Below, piece after piece: positions 46,475 to 54,503 of a DNA stretch of 54,503 nucleotides. Origin of the DNA: an uncultured virus (IMG/VR IMGVR_UViG_3300013006_001224) (lineage: Duplodnaviria; Heunggongvirae; Uroviricota; Caudoviricetes); the IMG/VR virus record IMGVR_UViG_3300013006_001224; one strand, written 5' to 3'. The notes under the pieces were generated by a model. The model was not told the origin of the DNA, did no database searches, and saw only the letters and a list, made by a program, of their open reading frames with translations. Made by a program: the position numbers and the translations under genes. Positions within the stretch are counted from its first letter, which is position 1. Each line of letters starts with the position of its first letter.

Positions 46475-47224
46475 TTATTTCTTATATGCTTCTGCTCCTT
46501 CGCGGATCAATTCTTTAACATAAGCTGCATATCGCATACTCCGTACGATCCCTATACTGATCATTATGAAATAGGCTAAGCCTAATGCCCCAAATAGGAT
46601 CGCCCAATACCCATTACCGATTCGGGCTTCTAAACATGTAATGAGCCATAACAAGAATGCCTTCTCATAAGCAAGGATACCGGATCCGAAGGCTTTGATT
46701 CTATCCCAAAAGGTAGTCTTGCGAGCACCAATAGCTGCATTCATGCTTTCTAACTTCTCTAATAAGGCATCCCAATCAACTCCCGAATCACCATCCGCAC
46801 ATGCATCCGTACATCCACAATCTGAATAGCCGCAGGTGGCATTATCCTTTTCCGCATACTTGGCTTTAACCATTTCACTGCTAATGCGCATTGCATTCTC
46901 AATTGACTCTCGGGTCTTGATATGATCAACCTTTTGACCGTTAACCGTAGTAACAATCTTTGATTCCGTGTCACCTGAAGCTTGAAACTTTGGAAGACCT
47001 AATTGGTCATTCTCCGGATGGCCATATGCACGCTTGCCGCGCGGCTTTCTTGGCTTGGCCGTAGGCGTATCTGAAGCCGCAGGCGAAGATAAAGACGAGC
47101 CTTGCTCGGCTTTAACCACATCATCGTTAGCCACAACGGCCTTTGGTTTGCGTTTCTTATAATAACGTTTCTTCTTTCCTTCGCCGGCACTCATCGTCGG
47201 CTTCTTTTCATTTTGATTTTCCAT
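46475..47224 (-). CDS. Membrane-anchored protein with basic disordered N-terminus
   Basis: KKKRYYKKRKPK, Cys cluster, C-terminal TM helices. Confidence 0.6.
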   Translation of the reverse strand: MENQNEKKPTMSAGEGKKKRYYKKRKPKAVVANDDVVKAEQGSSLSSPAASDTPTAKPRKPRGKRAYGHPENDQLGLPKFQASGDTESKIVTTVNGQKVDHIKTRESIENAMRISSEMVKAKYAEKDNATCGYSDCGCTDACADGDSGVDWDALLEKLESMNAAIGARKTTFWDRIKAFGSGILAYEKAFLLWLITCLEARIGNGYWAILFGALGLAYFIMISIGIVRSMRYAAYVKELIREGAEAYKK

Positions 47225-47247
47225 AACTGGTTCTTTATTGTTTAGGT

Positions 47248-47529
47248 TTATACGTTTTCATTTTCTGGGAATCGGCCTGGCTTGATAAGCTCCTTGGCAC
47301 ATGCTCGAACGGCTAACCATTCTTCGTATGTTAATGCCAGGCTTCTTTTTTCTTTACCTACTTTGATTTCGATATCGATTCCTTGACCGTTACTCCATTC
47401 AGTAACTTCAGCAGTGCCTCTAGGCAAATCATAATTGCTCATGAACACTGCATAGACACTAGGCCTAGTAGTTGTTTTAGCTCTAATTTCCATTCTTTCT
47501 TTTCTTATTAGGGTTAGTTGATACATCAA
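47248..47529 (-). CDS. Hypothetical protein
   Basis: EVTEWSNGQGIDIEI...LTYEEW; true start probably MEIRAK. Confidence 0.55.
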   Translation of the reverse strand: MMYQLTLIRKERMEIRAKTTTRPSVYAVFMSNYDLPRGTAEVTEWSNGQGIDIEIKVGKEKRSLALTYEEWLAVRACAKELIKPGRFPENENV

Positions 47530-47713
47530 AACTCAAGGTATACATTTCCTGCTCCATCTTCGGACCGGATGTATACTTTTGGATCTTGTATTTATTTCTT
47601 ATCTCTCCTAACTTGCTATCTACTTGATTAGCCTTTATACCGTGAAAGGATAAGGTTGTTACCTGACGATTAAGAATGGTAACTGGTTCAATGTGTACTG
47701 ATAAACGATACAT
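47483..47713 (-). CDS. Hypothetical protein
   Basis: 76 aa ORF with A-rich leader. Confidence 0.5.
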   Translation of the reverse strand: MYRLSVHIEPVTILNRQVTTLSFHGIKANQVDSKLGEIRNKYKIQKYTSGPKMEQEMYTLSFDVSTNPNKKRKNGN

Positions 47714-47725
47714 AACTTTTATTTT

Positions 47726-47944
47726 TTATTGTTGGTTGTTATTTCTTGATATTCCTATTCCAATATTACTCATGACCAATAACGCCCATACGGCAATGGA
47801 TGACCAGAAGTTAAATTGTATATTGGATCCTAATGCATTCAATGACCATATGATAACATATGGTATGCCCATTGCTACTAGCACTGTTAATACTATTGCT
47901 AATGTCATTGCACCCGGTTCGGTTGGATCTATATTTACTTTCAT
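47726..47944 (-). CDS. Small membrane protein
   Basis: Two hydrophobic helices, IWSLNAL. Confidence 0.55.
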   Translation of the reverse strand: MKVNIDPTEPGAMTLAIVLTVLVAMGIPYVIIWSLNALGSNIQFNFWSSIAVWALLVMSNIGIGISRNNNQQ

Positions 47945-48165
47945 TTCTTTTTACCTTTAAGGATACGATATATACCGTAACCATTTAATAATATTATTGT
48001 TCCACTCAAAGCTAAATGACTATAGTTGGCTATGGAGAAGTCATATGCTATCCATCCTATATCTCCTATGGACCATATTAGCATGGCTGGCAAATATTTC
48101 TGAATACTATTCAGATAATAGCCAACCAATACTAACAAGGTACAAACCCAACCAACCAATTCCAT
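47941..48165 (-). CDS. Small three-TM protein (PnuC/PQ-loop half-transporter-like)
   Basis: GW..T..VL.GY.LN...W..GD..W.........GY.W-like pattern. Confidence 0.55.
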   Translation of the reverse strand: MELVGWVCTLLVLVGYYLNSIQKYLPAMLIWSIGDIGWIAYDFSIANYSHLALSGTIILLNGYGIYRILKGKKK

Positions 48166-50273
48166 TATGCTAACTCTAAGAATTTCTTATTCATTGTCTT
48201 CGACACTTCCGTTACTGAACTTACATCAATAAACGATGCATCCTTACCATACATGGTACGGAAGTTATTAGAACTATTTGCACCCGCATGGCCGATGAAG
48301 TAACTAATAACTTTGATACCATTTGTAATCATCTTCTGCACTTGCTTACGGGTATGTTCATGAGCCACTCTACCTTCATAGGATCCGGAATAAGGTTCAC
48401 CATCGCTAAAGTTAAGGAAATAAGCATCCTTACCTCTTGCATCCTTAAGGATCTCATCCATGACAGCGTCAAAGCATAATCCTTCTGGAGTGGTACCACC
48501 TGTGCCTATAAACTGAACCACTTGGGTGAATTGCACTAACTTATGCTTACGGCTATCATATGCAATTACCATTAATGGTTTATCAGGCGATCCAGCAAAG
48601 CGTCCATCACATCGATAACTAATAACACAATCCATATTCTCAATCATGCTACATGCCTTTGCAATTGCCGTTGCTGTCTTAACAGCATTATGCAACTTCT
48701 GGCCACCCATCGATCCGCTATTGTCAATCGATATATGAATGATACTAGGAGTATAACTAAACGTTTCTAACTTCTGGAAGATGGCCTCATGGCCAAACCC
48801 TGCACTTGATATCATTCGTTTATCAATCTTACCTGTCCTCAATCGATTGAATACCGTATTTTTCGATTCGGATCTTACCTTAAGGCGTTTACCTAACATC
48901 TGACCTAGTATCAATCCTTCTGTTACCGCATTATGGCTAGGACCTTTATTGGTACTATAACGGTACCACATGCAACAATCAACATCCTTAATCATCCTAG
49001 CCGTTACATTACGTACCACCGTTACATTAACTTTACGAAGGTTACCATCATCGCCGTACTTAACTTCTTTACTATCTACATCACCGGCATCCAAAGCCTC
49101 TACCGTACGATCCAAAGCCTTATTCGACTTCTTCTTCTTGATCCTTTGATTTAAGAATTCCTTTTGGGCTTGCTGAGCCTTCTCCAATTGCTGAATCTCT
49201 CTCGGCGTCAATTGATCAAAGTTATCATCCGGCTCATCGTCGCCGTAATCATCTCCTTCATCTTCATTTACCTCTTGCCCCTCATCTTCATCCTCATCAT
49301 TCTCAGATGTCTTACCTTTGGAGTTACCTTCATAATCATCATCACCGGTATCCTTGCTATCATCTCCACTTGCACCCTCACCGTCATCTTCTCCATCGCC
49401 TTCTGGGTTTTTCATTTCACCCTTAGGTCCTTTACCACCTTCACCCGGAGCGCCGCCTTCACCTGTACCCGGCTCTTCTTCTTCTTGCTGTTTCGCTACT
49501 GGTACATTACTTTCGATAATCTTAAAGATGTCCCATGCAACTTGCAATGCATCACTTGTATTTTTCAATCGACCAATATTGGCCAAGTCCATCGTCTCCC
49601 AAATTTGGGCCAACCCTTTCAACGCTGTCATATCACGATTAGGATTGGTTATGTTAATAAGACGGAACATATATGATTCCCAATCTTCCGTACGAAGCTC
49701 CGATGACTGTAATCCTTTATCAATAATCTTATGATTAAAGTACTTGTCATAAAGTGCATTGTAATACCCTCGGTAACCTGGTGCCGTTGTATATACAAAA
49801 TTATCAATACGTCGATCCTCAACCACATTAAGAATGTCCTTCAACTTAGGAGCAATCTTATATGCCGCATCCCATCGGTCAATACCATGCTTCTCAGCAT
49901 ATACCAACATAAAATCATCATCCTTCTGAATGAAGTCGTTTATACCTTTCAACAACTCAAAATCTGTCAACTTGATATGCGATCCTTCATGCAATGCTAA
50001 TCCTACATTGCTATCGAAGTCCTTCGGATCAGCTGATGTTGAAATTGTTACTACCTTACCGTCGGTATAAGATTGGTTACCGTTAGAAAAACGCACAGGA
50101 ATGTTCTCACCTGTTACGATCCTAACAAAGTTACCAACGGCTCTTTTATATCCAGCTAATGCAACTGCATCCTTACCAGATCCTTTCTCTGAAAATTTGT
50201 CGATGAAATCCTGATTCAACCAGAATCTAGATGTCATCATTGTTTGGGTGTTTTTCTTTGGTTTTTTTATCAT
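48165..50273 (-). CDS. CobT-like VWA protein with N-terminal zincin-like domain and acidic linker
   Basis: LHEGSH...VEDRRID; D/E/G linker; MIDAS DNSGS, GGTTPE, FSDGEP. Confidence 0.85.
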   Translation of the reverse strand: MIKKPKKNTQTMMTSRFWLNQDFIDKFSEKGSGKDAVALAGYKRAVGNFVRIVTGENIPVRFSNGNQSYTDGKVVTISTSADPKDFDSNVGLALHEGSHIKLTDFELLKGINDFIQKDDDFMLVYAEKHGIDRWDAAYKIAPKLKDILNVVEDRRIDNFVYTTAPGYRGYYNALYDKYFNHKIIDKGLQSSELRTEDWESYMFRLINITNPNRDMTALKGLAQIWETMDLANIGRLKNTSDALQVAWDIFKIIESNVPVAKQQEEEEPGTGEGGAPGEGGKGPKGEMKNPEGDGEDDGEGASGDDSKDTGDDDYEGNSKGKTSENDEDEDEGQEVNEDEGDDYGDDEPDDNFDQLTPREIQQLEKAQQAQKEFLNQRIKKKKSNKALDRTVEALDAGDVDSKEVKYGDDGNLRKVNVTVVRNVTARMIKDVDCCMWYRYSTNKGPSHNAVTEGLILGQMLGKRLKVRSESKNTVFNRLRTGKIDKRMISSAGFGHEAIFQKLETFSYTPSIIHISIDNSGSMGGQKLHNAVKTATAIAKACSMIENMDCVISYRCDGRFAGSPDKPLMVIAYDSRKHKLVQFTQVVQFIGTGGTTPEGLCFDAVMDEILKDARGKDAYFLNFSDGEPYSGSYEGRVAHEHTRKQVQKMITNGIKVISYFIGHAGANSSNNFRTMYGKDASFIDVSSVTEVSKTMNKKFLELA

Positions 50274-50277
50274 ATCA

Positions 50278-50321
50278 TAAAGATAAGGACATTCTTTCTT
50301 AAATCCTAAGGAAATGTTAAC
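50278..50321 (-). promoter_or_regulatory. Early promoter TTAGG-N17-CTTATCTTTA
   Basis: TAAAGATAAG (50278) + 17 nt + CCTAAGGAAATGTTAAC. Confidence 0.8.
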
Positions 50322-50353
50322 TTTTTTACTGCTTTTTTTCGGGGTTTTTCGGT

Positions 50354-50378
50354 AAAAGGGCGGATCAAATACCCGCCC
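50354..50378 (-). terminator. Rho-independent terminator after the AAA gene
   Basis: Minus strand GGGCGG-gtatttgat-CCGCCC-TTTT. Confidence 0.65.
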
Positions 50379-50409
50379 CTCTGACCTTCTTTCGCACCCC
50401 TACGAAAAA

Positions 50410-51576
50410 CTAGAACGGCAAAGGTGAACCACCTTTTGCATCCGTTCCAAATATATTTCTGGTATCAGAATCATTCTGACAATACTTCTGAACTATCTGC
50501 TTCACATATGTTCTTTCACTATCCACTCCACCGGCTTGGTCATAGAATGGATAGATGCAAACCTCGGCTGCCTCACTAAGGTTGAACCCATCAGCAATCA
50601 ATCCTGCCATCTCAACGGTTAGACGAGTACTAATCGCACTACTAATCTTCGATGACTCATTGGTAATCTCCTTCCGTGTAATACTTGCAATCTCCGCAAT
50701 GGTATCAATAAAATTATCTGGGCAGGTCGGAGCAATCATTTTCAATAACTGTATCTCCTGATCTTTATCCAACACATCCATCTCTACAATAATGAATCGA
50801 TCCACTAACGCTCTATCCATAGCTCTGGTCGCGGTATACTCCGTACCAATATTAGCTGTTGCAATAAACGTTACACCTTCGGCTACTTGAATCGTCGGAG
50901 CATTCTCATGCTCATCTAAGCGTAAATATCTTTGACCCTGATCCAAAACCGTCATTAAGATGTTCCATGCTTCTGGATGTGCTCTGGACAACTCATCTAA
51001 CAAGATAACGGCATCCTTAGTTTGGATCGCCTTAACAAAGACCGACTCACAAAAGGTTGTACCCGACTCTTTCTTGAAGTGGGTGTTACCAATCAATGTC
51101 CCTCTTGGATCCTGAGTGGCACCTAAATTGAAATAGAAATCCGGACGATCCAAAGCCTTAACTAAGGACTTAGCAGCTTGAGTCTTACCACATCCTGCAG
51201 GCCCGGTCATCATAATGTTCTTACCTCTTACCGCCGATCGTACCAAGTACTTCCATTTAAGGTCTGGCATAATAATTGTATTAGGCTTAAGCTTCACAGC
51301 TTCATTATGAATAAAATTCAGGATCGGATCTTCCATTGGGGTTTCTACTGTTTCTGTATTAGGTTGTACTACTATCTCATCACTTACTTCTGATGCTTCT
51401 ACTCGACGGGCTCTACCTGTCTCGGTATCATAAGCTAACAATTGGCCATTGGCATCAGCCTTCTCAGCCATAATATCTCGGATCGGAACATTCATAACGT
51501 TACCGGTATAGATGTCCGTGAATATCCAGGTGCCATTCATTTGCGATGGGCTTACATACAAAATTGTCTTTTTCAT
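50410..51576 (-). CDS. MoxR/CbbQ/CobS-like AAA+ ATPase
   Basis: Walker A GPAGCGKT, Walker B LLDELSRA, IATAN, Y..TR.MDRAL.DRF, ISTR. Confidence 0.92.
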   Translation of the reverse strand: MKKTILYVSPSQMNGTWIFTDIYTGNVMNVPIRDIMAEKADANGQLLAYDTETGRARRVEASEVSDEIVVQPNTETVETPMEDPILNFIHNEAVKLKPNTIIMPDLKWKYLVRSAVRGKNIMMTGPAGCGKTQAAKSLVKALDRPDFYFNLGATQDPRGTLIGNTHFKKESGTTFCESVFVKAIQTKDAVILLDELSRAHPEAWNILMTVLDQGQRYLRLDEHENAPTIQVAEGVTFIATANIGTEYTATRAMDRALVDRFIIVEMDVLDKDQEIQLLKMIAPTCPDNFIDTIAEIASITRKEITNESSKISSAISTRLTVEMAGLIADGFNLSEAAEVCIYPFYDQAGGVDSERTYVKQIVQKYCQNDSDTRNIFGTDAKGGSPLPF

Positions 51577-51608
51577 AGGGTATATTATTTGGTTTTTATA
51601 TTATTTCA

Positions 51609-51652
51609 TAAAGATAAGTACACTTTCTCGTAAATCCTAAGAAAATGTTAAC
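51609..51652 (-). promoter_or_regulatory. Early promoter TTAGG-N17-CTTATCTTTA
   Basis: TAAAGATAAG (51609) + 17 nt + CCTAAGAAAATGTTAAC. Confidence 0.8.
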
Positions 51653-51657
51653 TTTTT

Positions 51658-52518
51658 TTAGAACTTCATATTATTCAAGGCTTCCATCACTTCTTTGCTG
51701 GATCCGGTAGGGGTGGTCGGTGTTGGGTATTTGACAGATTGGATCGACCATTCACCACTTGCATATGGTCTCAATACAATTTCAATCCCATTGGCCAATG
51801 TCACCTTAACACCTTCACAATGGCTATGATATCTATCATAATTTCTACCGCGCCATTTACCCATGTATATAGTCTCTTTGACTACCGTTGCACCTGGATA
51901 TGTTTCACTCCATTTAGCATCTCTGAACATGTTCTTGATCTTATCAGCTTCATTCGTTGCCGAAACAATGGTATCATAATGGTCTTCAATCTTACCAATA
52001 ATGGTCTTGGCACTTTTAATAGCCTTACGATCCGCATTATAACTAACACCTGACGTAAACATCATGTACCCTTTATTGGATTGGTGCCAACTGGAATTCG
52101 ATGTGTAATGCTCCGTTACATTGATTTTCAATTTGGCATCATCAATGAACTTTATATAAGCCCATACCAAAGTACCTTTCACTTCAGCAATTACTGGACG
52201 GTTACCATCTTCTAGACGCTCGGCTTCATAATCTAATGGACTAGAGTCGATAGCCTTGGTCTCATATACAATCTCAAACTTCTTTGACTTAGCTTGGATT
52301 TCTTTGAAAAACTTCTCAGCGGCCGCAACTTGCTTCTTAGCTGCTTCCTGACGGTTTAAAAGCTGTTGCTGTGCATATGCAACTTTCGATTGGCGGGCTT
52401 CTTGAGACTTAATAGCTTCTTCTTGCTGTTGCAACCTAGCTTGTGCCTCGGCAATGATAGCCTTCTCTTTTTCGATGTCAATCACATTCATGTTTGGTAA
52501 GGGGTGTTTTGTTTTCAT
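51658..52518 (-). CDS. Hypothetical protein with N-terminal coiled coil
   Basis: 286 aa ORF with its own promoter. Confidence 0.65.
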   Translation of the reverse strand: MKTKHPLPNMNVIDIEKEKAIIAEAQARLQQQEEAIKSQEARQSKVAYAQQQLLNRQEAAKKQVAAAEKFFKEIQAKSKKFEIVYETKAIDSSPLDYEAERLEDGNRPVIAEVKGTLVWAYIKFIDDAKLKINVTEHYTSNSSWHQSNKGYMMFTSGVSYNADRKAIKSAKTIIGKIEDHYDTIVSATNEADKIKNMFRDAKWSETYPGATVVKETIYMGKWRGRNYDRYHSHCEGVKVTLANGIEIVLRPYASGEWSIQSVKYPTPTTPTGSSKEVMEALNNMKF

Positions 52519-52542
52519 ATCCTTCTTATTAATATTATTTCA

Positions 52543-52586
52543 TAAAGATAAGTACATTATTTCCAAAAACCTAAGGAAAAGTTAAC
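52543..52586 (-). promoter_or_regulatory. Early promoter TTAGG-N17-CTTATCTTTA
   Basis: TAAAGATAAG (52543) + 17 nt + CCTAAGGAAAAGTTAAC. Confidence 0.8.
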
Positions 52587-52604
52587 AAAGTTTCGGAAAT
52601 GTTT

Positions 52605-52654
52605 TAACTAGTTGATTATCAAGTGGTTATAACTAGTTGATAATCAATTGGTTA
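52605..52654. promoter_or_regulatory. Tandem 2x25-bp imperfect palindromes (IHF-consensus-like)
   Basis: TAACTAGTTGATTATCAAGTGGTTA / TAACTAGTTGATAATCAATTGGTTA. Confidence 0.7.
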
Positions 52655-52662
52655 CAAACTCC

Positions 52663-52914
52663 CTAATTTAGTAGGGCTTTAAGGCATTCACGGCGTTCTT
52701 CTATCATCCCATCCAATGCCCTTTTGGCTACCTTCGCAATGGCTACTGTAGTCATTACCGATAGTAACTGGGTCAATTGAGCATCCTGGTCTCCAATCCC
52801 TAGGTCGACATTCTCCTGCAGGTATTGGATATCTTCTTCACATCTAGCAATAGCCTGACGCATTTCTTTACGATGCTGTACTAACTGGTCAAATTCTCTA
52901 TGTACGTTTAACAT
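52663..52914 (-). CDS. Hypothetical coiled-coil protein
   Basis: 83 aa ORF. Confidence 0.5.
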   Translation of the reverse strand: MLNVHREFDQLVQHRKEMRQAIARCEEDIQYLQENVDLGIGDQDAQLTQLLSVMTTVAIAKVAKRALDGMIEERRECLKALLN

Positions 52915-52926
52915 GGCTGTTATTTA

Positions 52927-53544
52927 TTATATGTTGTTTTTATATATCTCTAGCAATTCCGGTGTAAGTCTATCATAATCCATATCAAATTGATTTGACA
53001 TTTTTGCTATGATGACTGAATTATTATATGGAGCATTCTTAGGATCAGACCATTTTCTACTTTCTTTCATCCAATTGTAAAAGAGAATATATGCATTCGC
53101 TTTCTTTGTATATAGATCGGCATCAATAGGTAGTTCCCATTTCTTCATCATTGCTACACTTCTCTTCTCATTATCCAACTCTAAATCTCGTGAAAGATTA
53201 ATTCCGTGTTCTACATGATCCTTAGGATGATCTACTCCAGACAGCCATTCGTCTATAATAGTCATTCCATCTTTCGAAGCTTCCCATAAAGGTATCTGCT
53301 CTTGCCATTGGGTCATATGACAATATTCATGAACAAGAAGATCAAGATAATCAGGCCTGCCTTTTGCAAATGCTAACGTAGCCTTTCTACTCTCAGGATC
53401 GCTACCATCATCAAAGAAGCCTCCACATTTAATCGCATCAGTTAACTTAATGTAACCTCTTTTATAAGGCTTAAAGCTGACGCCGGCTTTACGGCATTCA
53501 GATTCTACATGGTAGATAAAATTGTCTATCTTGCTTGTCTTCAT
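52927..53544 (-). CDS. Zincin-like HExxH protein
   Basis: CGGFF...LLVHEYCHMTQW...LELDNE. Confidence 0.7.
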   Translation of the reverse strand: MKTSKIDNFIYHVESECRKAGVSFKPYKRGYIKLTDAIKCGGFFDDGSDPESRKATLAFAKGRPDYLDLLVHEYCHMTQWQEQIPLWEASKDGMTIIDEWLSGVDHPKDHVEHGINLSRDLELDNEKRSVAMMKKWELPIDADLYTKKANAYILFYNWMKESRKWSDPKNAPYNNSVIIAKMSNQFDMDYDRLTPELLEIYKNNI

Positions 53545-53545
53545 A

Positions 53546-53671
53546 TTATTTATTTTTAGAGCCTTGTTGAGTAAGTTCCTTAAACAAATCTACAGTGTTT
53601 GTAAAAATAGCCTTAGCAATACTAATTGTTAGTATAAAAGGAAATGCAATAATTCTTAATAGTTTTTTCAT
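53546..53671 (-). CDS. Small membrane peptide (41 aa)
   Basis: Read manually: MKKLLRIIAFPFILTISIAKAIFTNTVDLFKELTQQGSKNK. Confidence 0.5.
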   Translation of the reverse strand: MKKLLRIIAFPFILTISIAKAIFTNTVDLFKELTQQGSKNK

Positions 53672-53842
53672 AGTTATTTAGTTTTTAGTTCTGAAATAGA
53701 TTTTAAATAATCAAGCACCTTTATTTGTCCAACACTTGGGAACATAGAGCTTTCGTAAATTTTACCACAATTGAATGCAATAGCTAAGTCACCATCTGTG
53801 TACTTCTTTTTTTCTTTTTTCATAGTTATTTAGTTTTTAGTT
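53663..53842. repeat. 28-bp perfect direct repeat of a translation start region
   Basis: TTTTTTCATAGTTATTTAGTTTTTAGTT at 53663-53690 and 53815-53842. Confidence 0.9.
53674..53823 (-). CDS. Small hypothetical protein (49 aa)
   Basis: Read manually: MKKEKKKYTDGDLAIAFNCGKIYESSMFPSVGQIKVLDYLKSISELKTK. Confidence 0.5.
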   Translation of the reverse strand: MKKEKKKYTDGDLAIAFNCGKIYESSMFPSVGQIKVLDYLKSISELKTK

Positions 53843-53980
53843 ATTACAACATTTACATTTACCTCTACCGGCATGACCTTTCATCTTCTGTTTAGGAGTC
53901 CATACCCCAACATATATTACAAACAATAGTGCTAATCCTTGCAAGGTATATAGAATACCATATCCAATATCATTACTCAT
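53837..53980 (-). CDS. Small TM protein with Cys-rich tail (start revised to MSNDIG)
   Basis: TM helix followed by KCKCC. Confidence 0.5.
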   Translation of the reverse strand: MSNDIGYGILYTLQGLALLFVIYVGVWTPKQKMKGHAGRGKCKCCNN

Positions 53981-54446
53981 TGTCACCTCCGTAAGTTTCG
54001 TTGTAGTATTGTTCACCATTTGTTGTTTCAACCCGCCAAGTTTGAGATACAACTCCATAAGAGCATCTTTTATCCCAAGCATCCTTAATCTGCTCCTTCT
54101 CCATTTGCTTGGCTTGGTCTAAGAGTATCACCTTTTGTCGACATAATTCTAAAAAGCTTATCAGACCTATATCAAACTTATCTTGCAATATTTGTGACTG
54201 CTCTACATATAAATCTAACGCAGTTTGTTTCTTTTCCATACGATCCGTAATACTAAAACCAGCACTATCAAACTCAGGCTCACTCGGCATAGCCGGAACA
54301 CCTTCTGGCCAATTCGCAGGATCCATATTAGCATAATGTTCAGCCTCATTTGGATCGGAGAAGTGACCTAGTAAATGCTCTAAACGATCTTCATAGTCTG
54401 AATTGCTATCCATGTCCTCCATATAATGATGCACACTTAAAAACAT
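53973..54446 (-). CDS. Hypothetical protein with AKQMEKEQI motif
   Basis: KQTAL...AKQMEKEQIKDAW...EQYYNETYG pattern. Confidence 0.55.
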   Translation of the reverse strand: MFLSVHHYMEDMDSNSDYEDRLEHLLGHFSDPNEAEHYANMDPANWPEGVPAMPSEPEFDSAGFSITDRMEKKQTALDLYVEQSQILQDKFDIGLISFLELCRQKVILLDQAKQMEKEQIKDAWDKRCSYGVVSQTWRVETTNGEQYYNETYGGDNE

Positions 54447-54503
54447 ATGATATGACTCTCCAGGTGAACATGCACCAATGTGCCATTCATATAATTCGTC
54501 TGG

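Noticed and set aside
48165..51576. Cobalamin biosynthesis (cobS/cobT) as auxiliary metabolism
   Set aside because: No cobN or other cob genes nearby; a generic AAA+/VWA chaperone pair is more parsimonious.
52605..52654. Palindromes as dif/att recombination sites
   Set aside because: They do not match the XerC/XerD 11-6-11 consensus, and there is no recombinase in the window.
4506..54336. All plus-strand ORFs in the track (e.g. 17200-17640, 22252-22674, 35121-35519, 49164-49676)
   Set aside because: They lie antisense to well-supported minus-strand genes, have no recognisable motifs, and have no correctly placed promoters; shadow ORFs.
1..54503. Stop-codon reassignment (as in some large Bacteroidota phages)
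   Set aside because: Long genes are intact under the standard code, and TAG and TGA end tightly packed genes at sensible positions.

Overview
A 54.5-kb segment of a large, AT-rich myovirus-type (T4-like baseplate) phage genome. Essentially all credible genes are on the minus strand. Several features point to a Bacteroidota host: an Hc1 histone-like gene, a DUF4494-like gene, TTAG-N20-TATCTTTA promoters resembling the Bacteroidota TTTG/TAnnTTTG consensus, and A-rich early leaders. Reading right to left (transcription order): (1) an early region (~41-54.5 kb) of small hypotheticals, three HExxH zincin-like genes, a MoxR/CobS-like AAA+ plus VWA pair and a five-member tandem paralogue array; (2) a cluster (~35.4-40.6 kb) of unrelated cargo domains that each begin with one of two near-identical N-terminal leaders ending in L-x-E, including a leader-only remnant and an apparent polyprotein, which I interpret as a modular capsid-targeting/internal-protein cassette system; (3) lysis-like and host-takeover genes (YkuD-like enzyme, holin-like protein, Hc1, methyltransferase, UvsE, ClpP, HD hydrolase, phage sigma factor); (4) a baseplate/tail module (~8-24 kb); (5) a T7-endonuclease-I-like resolvase, primase and fused SbcD-SbcC; (6) tail/fibre genes running off the left edge. 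A recurrent ATATTTAT(A/T) late-type motif and AAGGA SD-like motifs mark the late genes. All product calls come from motif recognition by eye, not database searches. I found no tRNA, CRISPR array, integrase or transposase.
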